From positions 510,001 through 542,000 of the forward strand of contig NC_014972.1 of NCBI RefSeq assembly GCF_000186885.1: DNA of 32,000 bases, written 5' to 3'. Positions 1-9,400 of this stretch are shown one piece after another. This stretch comes from Desulfobulbus propionicus DSM 2032 (GTDB taxonomy: Bacteria > Desulfobacterota > Desulfobulbia > Desulfobulbales > Desulfobulbaceae). The notes under the pieces are model-generated. The model ran no database searches, had not been told where the DNA came from, and saw nothing but the letters and a program-made list of their open reading frames with translations. The first letter of the stretch is position 1. Every line of letters starts with the position of its first letter. A program made the translations under genes and the position numbers.

Positions 1-1
1 A

Positions 2-64
2 CTGATCGGTGTTGTCCGCCTGATCGACCTGTTCCGGACCCTGGCCTCCAGCTGCTCGCTGTAA
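2..64 (+). CDS. 3-prime end of an unidentified CDS entering from the left edge (...LIGVVRLIDLFRTLASSCSL*)
   Basis: Frame 2 is open from the window edge to TAA at 62-64. 18 of its 20 codons end in G/C, like the confident genes here, and frame 1 does not show this. Too short to name. Confidence 0.35.
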   Translation: MIGVVRLIDLFRTLASSCSL

Positions 65-109
65 GACTGCTCCAGAGACACCCTTATCGACAACAAAGGA
101 ATCACACCC

Positions 110-1597
110 ATGTCTGCAACCGTACAAGAACTTCCTGACACCAAAACGCCCTTTGACTGGAAGCGCGTGGTCTTCATCCTTGGCGGCCTCGCCCTCTTTG
201 CCCTGATCTATTATTCGCCGGCCTGGCCGGACGCCGTCGATCCCAAAGGCGAACATTTTGCCCTGTCCAAGGAGGCCAAGGGCGCGCTGGCGGTGTTTGC
301 CGTGGCCGCCACCTGGTGGATCTTCGAGGTGGTGCCGATCGGCGTCACCAGTTTGTTGATTGGAACCCTCCAAGCCTTGTTCCTCATCCGCAAACCGGTG
401 GTGGCCTTCAAGGACTTCATGGACCCGTCGGTGCTTTTTATCTTCGGCTCGGTGGTCATCGGCATGGTGTTCACCAAGACCGGGCTGACCCGGCGAATCG
501 CCTACAAGATGCTCTCCATCATCGGCGAGAAAACCTCGATGATCATGCTCGGCTGCTTCCTCATGACCGCCCTGCTGACCCACGTCATGGCCCATACCGC
601 GGTGGCCGCGACCATGTTTCCGCTGCTGATGGCCATCTATTCCCTCTACACCACCGAAACCAAGCCGACCAATTTCGGCAAGGCGATGTTCATCGGCATG
701 GCCTACGTGGCCGGCGCCGGTTCGATCATCACCCTCTTGGGCGCGGCCCGCGGCGCCGTGGCCCTGGCCTTTTACAAGGACATGATGCATGTGGACATCA
801 GTTTCGGCACCTTGAGCTACTACATGTTTCCCCTGGGCTGGCTGATGGTCTTCCTCCTGTGGGGATTCTTCATGATTTTCTGCAAGCCGGAGAAGGAGCG
901 CATTGTCGGTCTCAAGGAAAAGGCCAGCCGCATGTACCGGGAACTGGGCTCGATCACCCGCAACGAGATCCTGGCCGCGACCATCATTCTGCTGGCCGTG
1001 CTGATCATCGCCCTGAAGAGCTTTGTCCCTGCGCTCGACAAATTGGACAAGACCGGCATCCTGCTCTGCTCGACCATCGCCTTCTTTGTCTTCAATATCC
1101 TCAAGATCGACGACCTGGAAGACATCCCCTGGAACATCATCCTCCTGTTCGCCGGCGCCATGTCGATCGGCTTCTGCTTGTGGGAAACCGGCGCGGCCAA
1201 ATGGCTGGCGGTCAACTGGCTGGTCCTGTTCCAGCAGGCTCCGGCCGTGGTCTTCATCATGGGCATGGCCTTCTTTGTCCTCATCATGACCAACTTCATC
1301 ATGAACGTGGCGGCGATTGCCATCAGCCTGCCGGTGGCCTTGGTCATCGCCCCTTATCTGGGCGTGGCCGGCGAGGTCATCCTGTTCTCGGCCCTGGCCA
1401 CCGCCGGTATGCCTTTCCTGCTGCTGATCGGCGCGGCGCCCAACGCCATCGCCTACAACTCCAAGCAATTCACCACCGGCGAGTTCCTTAAGTTCGGTAT
1501 ACTCGCCAGCGTTCTGCTGATGGTGGTGCTGTGGGTCTTCGTCGCCTTTGTCTGGCCGATGATGGGCATGGAAGTCTTTGTTCCCAAGGTGCAATAG
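110..1597 (+). CDS. DASS/SLC13-family divalent anion:Na+ symporter (permease)
   Basis: 495-aa ATG ORF with AAAGGA about 9 nt upstream. Polytopic membrane protein with DASS-like motifs (TWWIFEVVPIGVTSLL; GAAPNAIAYNS near the C-terminus). Substrate cannot be assigned from sequence. Confidence 0.85.
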   Translation: MSATVQELPDTKTPFDWKRVVFILGGLALFALIYYSPAWPDAVDPKGEHFALSKEAKGALAVFAVAATWWIFEVVPIGVTSLLIGTLQALFLIRKPVVAFKDFMDPSVLFIFGSVVIGMVFTKTGLTRRIAYKMLSIIGEKTSMIMLGCFLMTALLTHVMAHTAVAATMFPLLMAIYSLYTTETKPTNFGKAMFIGMAYVAGAGSIITLLGAARGAVALAFYKDMMHVDISFGTLSYYMFPLGWLMVFLLWGFFMIFCKPEKERIVGLKEKASRMYRELGSITRNEILAATIILLAVLIIALKSFVPALDKLDKTGILLCSTIAFFVFNILKIDDLEDIPWNIILLFAGAMSIGFCLWETGAAKWLAVNWLVLFQQAPAVVFIMGMAFFVLIMTNFIMNVAAIAISLPVALVIAPYLGVAGEVILFSALATAGMPFLLLIGAAPNAIAYNSKQFTTGEFLKFGILASVLLMVVLWVFVAFVWPMMGMEVFVPKVQ

Positions 1598-1622
1598 CAT
1601 TCCGCATACAGACCCGCGCCCC

Positions 1623-1658
1623 GTTCCCTTGCCCGGATGATCGTCCGGGGAAGGGAAC
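1623..1658 (+). terminator. Long GC-rich hairpin downstream of the DASS gene (terminator-like, no adjacent U tract)
   Basis: GTTCCCTTGCCCGG-atgatcgt-CCGGGGAAGGGAAC gives 13 bp with one G.G mismatch, about 25 nt after the stop at 1597. The T-rich run (tttcttttttcc) only follows about 20 nt later. Confidence 0.35.
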
Positions 1659-1721
1659 AGCGGGCGTACACCCTTTGTCATTTCTTTTTTCCCGAACGGA
1701 AAGGAGGCTCGCACATCCATT

Positions 1722-3008
1722 ATGTCAACCGCCCTGGTTTCCATCTTTGTCATGGCCTACGCGGCCATAGCCCTGGAGCACCCGCTCAAGGTCAACAAGT
1801 CGGCCTCGGCCCTGCTGGCCGCCGGCCTGCTCTGGACCATCTACGCCCTGGCCGGCGGCGACTTCCATGCGGCCGTGCACAATCTGCATGAATCGGTCGC
1901 CTCCACCGCCCAGATCGTCTTCTTTCTCATGGGCGCCATGACCATCGTCGAGGTGGTCGACGCCCACAATGGTTTTTACGTCATCACCAGCCGGATCAAA
2001 ACCAACAGTCTCAGCGCCCTCTTGTGGCTGGTCGGTTTTGTCACTTTCTTCCTCAGCTCGATTCTCGACAATCTGACCACCACCATCGTCATGATCTCGC
2101 TGATGAAGAAACTGCTCGACCGTCACGAGGACCGGCTGTTCTTTGCCGGCATCATTGTCATCGCCGCCAACGCCGGCGGCGCCTGGAGCCCGATTGGCGA
2201 CGTGACCACCACCATGCTGTGGATCGGCGGCCAGATCACCACCTTGGAGATCATGAAGGGCGTGCTCCTGCCCTCCTTGTCTTGTCTGGTCATCCCGCTG
2301 TTGATCACCAGTTGGGTCCTGCGCGGCCGCGAGGTGGTGGCCGCCTGCGCCATCGAGCGGCGGGCCGGCTACGAGACCACCCCCTTTGAGCAGAATTTCA
2401 TGTTCTGCATGGGCATGGGGACCTTGATCGCGGTGCCGATCTTCAAGAGCATCACCCATCTGCCGCCGTTCATGGGCATCCTTTTTGGCCTGGGCATCCT
2501 CTGGCTGGTCGGCGAGCTCCTCCACCGCGGCAAGGAGGACGATGAGTTCAAGGAACACCTCAGCCTGGTGGCCGCGCTCAAGCGCATCGACATGAGCTGC
2601 ATCGTCTTTTTCATCGGCATTCTCCTGGCGGTGGCCACCCTGGAGCATACCCACATCCTGGGCAATCTGGCCGCCTGGCTGACCCAGACCGTGGGCAACG
2701 AGGCAATCATCGTCACCCTGATCGGCCTGGCCTCCGCTGTGGTCGACAACGTGCCGCTGGTGGCCGCCTCCATGGGCATGTACGACATGGCCACTTATCC
2801 GACCGACAGTTTCCTGTGGGAGTTCATGGCCTACTGCGCCGGGACCGGCGGCTCCATCCTGATTATCGGTTCCGCCGCCGGCGTGGCCGCCATGGGCTTG
2901 GAGAAGATCCATTTCTTCTGGTATGCCCGCAAGATAGGCTTCCTGGCCGCGATTGGCTATTTCTCCGGCATTGTTGTTTATATTGCGCAGTACAAGCTTT
3001 TCCACTAA
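1722..3008 (+). CDS. nhaD: NhaD-family Na+/H+ antiporter
   Basis: 428 aa, with AAGGAGG at 1701-1707. Motifs FFLSSILDNLTTTIVM and ANAGGAWSPIGDVTTTMLWIGG are characteristic of NhaD-type antiporters. Confidence 0.9.
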   Translation: MSTALVSIFVMAYAAIALEHPLKVNKSASALLAAGLLWTIYALAGGDFHAAVHNLHESVASTAQIVFFLMGAMTIVEVVDAHNGFYVITSRIKTNSLSALLWLVGFVTFFLSSILDNLTTTIVMISLMKKLLDRHEDRLFFAGIIVIAANAGGAWSPIGDVTTTMLWIGGQITTLEIMKGVLLPSLSCLVIPLLITSWVLRGREVVAACAIERRAGYETTPFEQNFMFCMGMGTLIAVPIFKSITHLPPFMGILFGLGILWLVGELLHRGKEDDEFKEHLSLVAALKRIDMSCIVFFIGILLAVATLEHTHILGNLAAWLTQTVGNEAIIVTLIGLASAVVDNVPLVAASMGMYDMATYPTDSFLWEFMAYCAGTGGSILIIGSAAGVAAMGLEKIHFFWYARKIGFLAAIGYFSGIVVYIAQYKLFH

Positions 3009-3017
3009 ATACCCCAC

Positions 3018-3050
3018 CCCCTCTTCCCGGTTGCCTGCCGGGAAGAGGGG
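3018..3050 (+). terminator. Perfect 13-bp hairpin just after nhaD (terminator candidate without U tract)
   Basis: CCCCTCTTCCCGG-ttgcctg-CCGGGAAGAGGGG begins 10 nt after the nhaD stop. It is followed by agatgcgg, not a T run. Confidence 0.4.
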
Positions 3051-3266
3051 AGATGCGGTGCGCGGGCGGCGTGCTGCCACGCCACTCCGTGTCCACGACC
3101 CCTTTGCGGGGCCGGCCATTGTTTTGCTGCCCCCAACCACCACTTTCTTGCCACCGATGACCGACGAATTGTCCTCTTGCACGCCCCCCGAGAACAAACC
3201 CATGATTCCCCGCCAGAGCAGCGCGCCGATGACCGCCTTGTCCTCCGGTGTCACCAGGAGCAGGGC

Positions 3267-3611
3267 ATGAAGATTCTTATTACCGTGCAGGACAACAACG
3301 TCGCCCCCCGGTTCGACCAGGCCACCGAGGTGATCATCGCCGAACATGACGGCCAGAAGCTGATGGCCGAGCCGCGAACGATCATCCTGCCCCACAAGAG
3401 TGCCGATGAATTGAGCGACCTGATCATCAAGGAGGGGGTGCAGTGCGTGATCTGCGGCGGTATCGAGGAGACTTTTTACCGTTTCTTCAACTGGAAAAAG
3501 ATCACCGTGATCGACGGCGTCATCGGTTCCCATGGCGAGGCGATGCAGATGGCCTTTGTCGGCAGTCTGCGGCCGGGCCAGATCCTGCCCTCGGCGAAAA
3601 AAAGCACCTGA
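3267..3611 (+). CDS. NifB/NifX/NifY-like (dinitrogenase FeMo-cofactor-binding fold) small protein
   Basis: Track ORF 3177-3611 trimmed to ATG 3267, which has AGGAG at 3256-3260. 114 aa; MKILITVQDNNVAPRFDQA...CVICGGI matches the pattern of this domain family. Confidence 0.8.
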   Translation: MKILITVQDNNVAPRFDQATEVIIAEHDGQKLMAEPRTIILPHKSADELSDLIIKEGVQCVICGGIEETFYRFFNWKKITVIDGVIGSHGEAMQMAFVGSLRPGQILPSAKKST

Positions 3612-3732
3612 CACCATTCCGGCGCGTCAGGGCTGCCCATCCGCCGGAAAACCATCGGGGTTGAATCGAGCGCCGAATCGAGGTATGCAGGGATAGAGAA
3701 ACAACCGGAGACAACAGGAGAGGAGGGCACCC

Positions 3733-4050
3733 ATGAGAAAGATTGACCTGGATGGTACACGAGAATTCAATCCGCTGGGCATGAAGGCCATCGTGTTGCA
3801 CGATTCGGAATATTTCAAAATCCTCAACTTCAACCTCAAGGCCGGGGCCTTGTTTCCTATTCATTCCCACGATTTGGATGGCCAGCTGTCCATTCTGGTG
3901 ATCGAGGGAGAGGGACTGTTCCTGGCCGACAACGAGGTGACCATGCCCGCCAAGACCGGAGGCATGCTGATTGCCGAGATCCGCGAACCGCATGGGGTCA
4001 AGGCGACCACCGACATGCGTATCGTGGTGACCATCGCCCCGCCGATCTGA
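3733..4050 (+). CDS. Cupin-domain protein
   Basis: 105 aa, with GGAGAGGAGGG SD at 3716-3727. Carries the two cupin motifs (G-ALFPI-HSH-...-E-GEG and P-H-G). Confidence 0.75.
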   Translation: MRKIDLDGTREFNPLGMKAIVLHDSEYFKILNFNLKAGALFPIHSHDLDGQLSILVIEGEGLFLADNEVTMPAKTGGMLIAEIREPHGVKATTDMRIVVTIAPPI

Positions 4051-4122
4051 ACAAACAGGGTCGGCTCATCGGGCCGAACGCTTCCCCCCATCGTGCCCTG
4101 CAAACCGTTCAAGGAGACCTGC

Positions 4123-5856
4123 ATGAAAACCACATCGGTCATTGTCCTTTTGGTACTGGCCCTGCTGGCCGGTTGCTCCGCGCCGTCGTCGGAAAGCGGC
4201 AGGAACAAAGAGCAGCGTGCAACCGGCGACCTGGCGCAAGGCGAGCGGCACCCCCTGGTTGACGGCGAGGCCGCCAGTCAGCTTCAGCCGCCGCCGGCTC
4301 CGGCCGGTCCGATCGTGGGCGGCAGCGGCACGATGAAGACCACCGGCCTGGTCAAGCGCGCGGCCGTTTCCGAAGCCATGCCCATCGGCAAGCCGGCCTG
4401 GAATCGCGAATCCTACAATGCCATCCAGGAGAACGGCTTCATCAATGCCGCCCGCGACCCGCTCTCCACCTTCAGCATCGATGTCGATACCGCCAGCTAT
4501 ACCAATGTCCGCCGCTTCATTCAAGGGGGGCATCTGCCACCGGTGGGCGCGGTGCGCATCGAGGAGATGATCAACTATTTCACCTATGCGTATCCCCGGC
4601 CAATCGGCAAGGCCCCTTTTGCCCTCGGTGCCGAGGTCGGCCCCAGTCCCTTTCACCGGGACTATCTCCTGGCCCGCATCGGCCTCGCCGCCAAGGATCT
4701 GGCCAAGGAACACCTGCCACCGTCGAATCTGGTGTTCCTGATCGATGTCTCCGGTTCGATGCAGGATGGCAACAAGCTGCCGCTGTTGAAGCAGGCCCTG
4801 CCACTGGTGGTCCGGCAGCTGGGGGCGCGTGATCGGGTGGCCCTGGTGGTCTACGCCGGGGCCGACAGTGTGGTCCTGCCGCCCACCCCTGGCGACCGTC
4901 AGCAGGAGATCCTCGCCGCGCTCGACCAGCTCCAGGCCGGCGGTTCGACCCACGCCTCCAGCGGCATCCGCACCGCCTATGAACTGGCACGCAAGTCGTT
5001 CATCAAGGGCGGCAACAACCGGGTGATTCTCGCTTCCGACGGCGATTTCAACGTCGGCGTCACCAGCCGCGACGAACTCACCCGGCTGATCGAAGAGGAG
5101 CGCAAGGACGGCATCTATCTGACCGTGCTCGGTCTGGGCATGGGCAATTACCACGACGACACCATGGAGGTGCTGGCCGACAAGGGTAACGGCAACTACG
5201 CCTACATCGACAGCCTGCTGGAAGCCAAGAAGGTGCTGGTCAAGGAGATGAGCGGCACGTTGTTCGCGCTGGCGAACGATGTCAAGATCCAAGTGGAATT
5301 CAACCCGGCGCGGGTGGGGGCCTATCGGCTGATCGGCTACGAGAACCGGGCCTTGGCCGACGAGGATTTTCGCGACGATACCAAGGATGCCGGCGAGGTC
5401 GGCGTCGGCCATCGGGTGACCGCCCTTTACGAGCTGATCCCGGCCGGGCATGCATCGATTCCCCAGCTCGACCCGCTCAAGTACCAGCGCAATGCCGCCG
5501 CTCCTGCCCATTCCGGCGAGTGGATGACCGTCAAGCTGCGCTTCAAGCCCCAAGGCGAACCCCATTCCACCCAGATGCATCTGGCGGTGGGGGAAACGAC
5601 CACAAAACCGTCAACGGACTTTCGTTTCGCTTCGGCCGTGGCCGGGTACGGCATGCTGCTGACCCGTTCCGAGCATCTGGGCGAGTTCACCTGGCAGCGG
5701 TGTCTGGAATTGGCCCGTTCTGGTCGAGGTGCGGACGAGGAGGGCTATCGGGCCGAATTTTTCCGTTTGGTGGAGGCCAGCGAGTTGCTGGCCAAACAGC
5801 AGGCACCTGAGCTAGACGACAACAAGAAACCGCTGCCCCCGCCAACAATCAGGTAA
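4123..5856 (+). CDS. YfbK-like von Willebrand factor A (vWA) domain lipoprotein
   Basis: Trimmed to ATG 4123 (AAGGAG at 4111-4116). N-terminus MKTTSVIVLLVLALLAGCSAP is a lipobox (LAGC). It has the STFSIDVDTASYTNVRRFI N-domain, the vWA MIDAS motif DVSGSM...SDG, and the C-terminal domain typical of YfbK-type proteins. Confidence 0.9.
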   Translation: MKTTSVIVLLVLALLAGCSAPSSESGRNKEQRATGDLAQGERHPLVDGEAASQLQPPPAPAGPIVGGSGTMKTTGLVKRAAVSEAMPIGKPAWNRESYNAIQENGFINAARDPLSTFSIDVDTASYTNVRRFIQGGHLPPVGAVRIEEMINYFTYAYPRPIGKAPFALGAEVGPSPFHRDYLLARIGLAAKDLAKEHLPPSNLVFLIDVSGSMQDGNKLPLLKQALPLVVRQLGARDRVALVVYAGADSVVLPPTPGDRQQEILAALDQLQAGGSTHASSGIRTAYELARKSFIKGGNNRVILASDGDFNVGVTSRDELTRLIEEERKDGIYLTVLGLGMGNYHDDTMEVLADKGNGNYAYIDSLLEAKKVLVKEMSGTLFALANDVKIQVEFNPARVGAYRLIGYENRALADEDFRDDTKDAGEVGVGHRVTALYELIPAGHASIPQLDPLKYQRNAAAPAHSGEWMTVKLRFKPQGEPHSTQMHLAVGETTTKPSTDFRFASAVAGYGMLLTRSEHLGEFTWQRCLELARSGRGADEEGYRAEFFRLVEASELLAKQQAPELDDNKKPLPPPTIR

Positions 5857-6331
5857 GCAGGGCGGCCCAATCGAGGGCGGGGAAGGTGCGGTGGAGCATG
5901 TGGTCATCATGTTCCAGCCACACGGTCAGATCGCTGAAGGTGGCCCGAGCCTGGGGCAGCACCAGGGCGGGTGGACAGACGTTGTCTTGGTCGCCCATGA
6001 CCAGCACGGCTGGCACGGTCAGCGGGGTGGAAGGCGGCCGGTAGTCGCCGAAATTGAGGGCCGGGGCCAGCAGCACCAGCCGTCGGCAACGCTCGGGATA
6101 GCGCTGGGCAAAACAGGCGGCCATCAGGCCGCCAAAGCTCGACCCCACCAGAATGAGCCGATCACGCCCGGCCAGCTGGGTTTCCAGTTGCGCCAGCCGT
6201 TGGCCCAGATCGCCTTGGTAGTCCTGCATGCCCACTTGGGGAAAATGGTCGCGGAACCACCGCGCCTTGGTTCCTTGGATGGACGAGTCGAGGCCGTGGA
6301 GGAAAAAAACGTTGGCAGCGTTCGCAGTCAT
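5849..6331 (-). CDS. YqiA-like alpha/beta-fold esterase/hydrolase
   Basis: 160 aa; FFLHGLDSS near the N-terminus and a nucleophile elbow GSSFGG. Its stop overlaps the convergent vWA gene by 8 bp. No clear SD. Confidence 0.75.
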   Translation of the reverse strand: MTANAANVFFLHGLDSSIQGTKARWFRDHFPQVGMQDYQGDLGQRLAQLETQLAGRDRLILVGSSFGGLMAACFAQRYPERCRRLVLLAPALNFGDYRPPSTPLTVPAVLVMGDQDNVCPPALVLPQARATFSDLTVWLEHDDHMLHRTFPALDWAALLT

Positions 6332-6397
6332 AAATCGTGGGCAATGAACAGGTATTGAGCGTTCCCATGCTCTAGGTGGGAACGCGTAACTCTCAAC

Positions 6398-6433
6398 CCG
6401 CCCCGCGGAAGTACACCGCAGGGCGGTTTTTTT
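6398..6433 (+). terminator. Hairpin plus T7 tract oriented for the + strand, in the purL/hydrolase intergenic region
   Basis: CCGCCCCGCGG-aagtacac-CGCAGGGCGG (one mismatch) is followed by TTTTTTT at 6427-6433. On the - strand, the purL direction, the hairpin is preceded by the A run rather than followed by U. Confidence 0.5.
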
Positions 6434-6439
6434 GTCTTT

Positions 6440-9400
6440 TTACTGCTTGCACCAGGCATAGGCGTTCTGGAACATCCGCAGCCAGGGACTGACCGGCAGG
6501 TTCTTCATTTCCTCGGGCAGCCAGTGGCACTGCCAGGGGAGGAAGGCCCGCTCCGGATGGGGCATCATCGCCAGATGGCGGCCATCGGGCGAACAGATGC
6601 CAGTGAGGCCGCCGGGCGAGCCGTTGGGGTTGAAGGGGTAGGTTTCGGTGGCCTGGCCCTGATCGTCGACAAAGACCACGGCGGCCATGCCCTCGTTCCA
6701 CACCTGCTGGCGGATGGCCTCGTCCGGGAAGTGCAGGTAGCCCTCGCCATGATCCACATGGATACCGAAGACCAGCTCCTCCATGCCTTGGAGCATGATG
6801 GCCTTGCTCGGCAGCACTTTGACCGTGGTCCAGCGCGATTCAAAGCGACCGCTCTGGTTATGGATGAAGCGGGGTTGTTTTTCCGCCTCGATGCCCTCCC
6901 ACGGCACCCAGCCCAGCAGCCCGAACAACTGGCAACCGTTGCAGATGCCGAGGGTGAAGGTGTCGGGCCGGTTGTAGAACTGGTGGAACTGGGCCTGGAG
7001 CCGCTCGTTGAAGCGGATGGTCGCGGCCCAGCCCTTGGCGCTCTCCGGCACGTCGGCGTAGGAAAAGCCGCCCACCGCCGCGATGCCGCGGAAATCGGCC
7101 AGATCGATCCGCCCGGCCAACAGGTCGGTCATGGTCACATCCCAGGGCTCGAAACCGGCGCTGTAGAAAGCGGAACTCATTTCCCGATCCGAGTTGGAGC
7201 CTTCATCGCGGAGGATGATCACCTTGGGCTTGTCCTTCTGCTGGAGAATGGCCGGAGCCGTGGCCTCGGGCGTGAAGCCGAGCCGGTATTCCGGCCCCTG
7301 ACGGTCAAAGATGGCGTAGCGTTCCTCCTCGGCGCAATCCGGGTTCATCTGCAGCCGCTCCAGTTGGTAGCTGGTTTCCTCCCACCACTGGCGCAGCACG
7401 GCCATGGAATCGTCGAGCACCAGATGACCATTGTATTGAACGGTGATTGCCTGCTTGACGGTGGTGGAACCCAGAACGGTGCACGGGACCTTGGCCTGCT
7501 CGAACCGCTCCTTGACTTGGGCCAGATGGTGCCAGTGGCATTCGATCACCAACCCCAGTTCCTCGGCAAACAGGGTTTCGAGCACGGTCGCCGAGCCATT
7601 GAGCGCCAGGTTGAGGCCGCAGTTGCCGCTAAAGGCCATTTCAAGCACAGTGGTGATCAGGCCGCCGTCGCTGCGGTCATGGCCGGCGAGGATCAACCCG
7701 TGGTCGAGCAGGTACTGGACCGCGCCAAAGGCCCGCTTGACCAAGGCCGGATCGTCCATGTCCGGAACCTCGTCGCCAATCTGGCCGCAGGTCTGGGCCA
7801 GGCCGCTACCGCCTAGCCGGTTCTTGCCGCCCGAAAGATCGATGAACAAGAGCACCGAGCCCGGTTCCTTGATGTCCGGGGTGACCTTGTTGCGGATGTC
7901 GTTCATGGCGGCGTAGAGCGAAATAACCAGTTCGCGCGGCGACTTAACCACTTCTTCGCCGACCTTGGCGGCCATGCTCAGGCTGTCCTTGCCGCCGTCC
8001 ACCGCGATGCCCACGGCGATCATCGCCGCTGCCATGGCCTCGGCCGCGTCGCGCAGGGCCGCGCCTTCGCCGGCCAGTTTCGGTGCCCACATCCAGTTGG
8101 CCGAGCATTTGACTTGTTCCAGATCCCTGATCCGCGCCCACACCAGGTTGGTCAGGGCCTCGCCCACTGCCATCCGTGCACCGGCGGCCGGGTCGACCAG
8201 CATCTTGATCGGCTGCTCGCCGATGGCCGTGGCAATGCCGCTGACCCCGAAATGACTCTGGGCCACCACCGCCACGTCGGCCACGGTCAGCTGCAGCGGA
8301 CCGCAGCACTGCTGCTGGGCGATCAGGCCGGTGACCGCCCGGTCGACCTTGTTGGTGAGGAACCGTTTGGAGCCGACCGACACCAGTCGCAGCACTCGGT
8401 TCAGCGCCTCGCGCACGTCCAGCTTCTTGGGCGGGACAAAGGCGGACAGGGCGGGAACCGTCCGGTTGTCGGTGAAGGTTTTCTGCGGAATCTTGCCAAG
8501 CAGCTCGGGGATCTCGATGTTCACCGGCGTGGTGTTGTCCTGATTGTCATGGACAACGAAGCGCAGGTCGCCGGTAACCTCGCCGAGCACCTCGCAGGCC
8601 ACCTTTTCCCGCGCGCAGATCGCCTGGAATCGCTCGATGTTCTCCGGGCTGATCAAGAGGCCGACCCGTTCCTGGTATTCGGCCACATAGATCTCCAGCA
8701 CCGACATGGTCGGGTCGCCGACGCGGATGTTGCGGATCTCCACTCGGCCGCCGGCGTGCTCGACCAGTTCCTTGAGCACATTGGCCGGGCCGCCGGCGCC
8801 CTGGTCGTGGATGACGTCGATCAGGCTCAGGTCGCCCATCTCGTTGCAGGCGCGGATCACCCGGTTCATCTTTTGCTCCATCTCGGCGTCGCCGCGCTGC
8901 ACCGCATTGAAATCGAGTTTGGCTTCGTTCTCGCCCTGCATCATCGACGAGGCCGCGCCGCCGCCGAAGCCGACCCGGTAAGCCGGGCCGCCCACCTGGA
9001 CGATGAGCATGCCCTTGAGCGGCTGCTTCTTCTCGGTATGGCGGTCGTCGATCTGGCCGATGCCGCCGGTGAACATGATCGGCTTGAGAAAGCCCCAACG
9101 CTCGCCGGTCGAAAGCCGCAGGTCGAAGCTGCGGGTGAAGCCCTGAATCAGCGGCTCGCCGAACTTGTTGCCGTAGTCCGAGGCGCCGTTGCTGGCCTCG
9201 ATCTCGATCTCCAGGGCGGACGCCAGGGTGTCCGGACAGGCGTAGGCGTTCTCCCATTCCAGCTCATAGTCGGGGATATGCAGGTTGGCCACGCAGTAGC
9301 CGGCGGTGCCGGCCATGACCAGACCACCGCGGCCGGTGCCCTGGACGTCGCGGATGCGGCCGCCGGTGCCGGTTTCAGCGCCGGGGAAGGGGGCGACGCC

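Noticed and set aside
3053-3163. Cys-containing 36-codon ORF (MRCAGGVLPRHSV...) starting right after the nhaD hairpin
   Set aside because: The apparent SD is simply the right arm of the hairpin with zero spacing to the ATG. The composition is typical of random GC-rich frames.
1725-3617. 630-aa ORF on the - strand spanning nhaD and the NifX-like gene
   Set aside because: It is antisense to a confidently recognised NhaD antiporter. Its translation is low-complexity, G/A/D/H/R-rich, with no recognisable domain. This is a typical shadow ORF of a high-GC3 gene.
4066-5580. 504-aa ORF antisense to the vWA lipoprotein gene
   Set aside because: Same reasoning. The opposite strand encodes a protein with clear lipobox, MIDAS and YfbK-type motifs, and this frame gives an R/G/A/L-rich featureless sequence.
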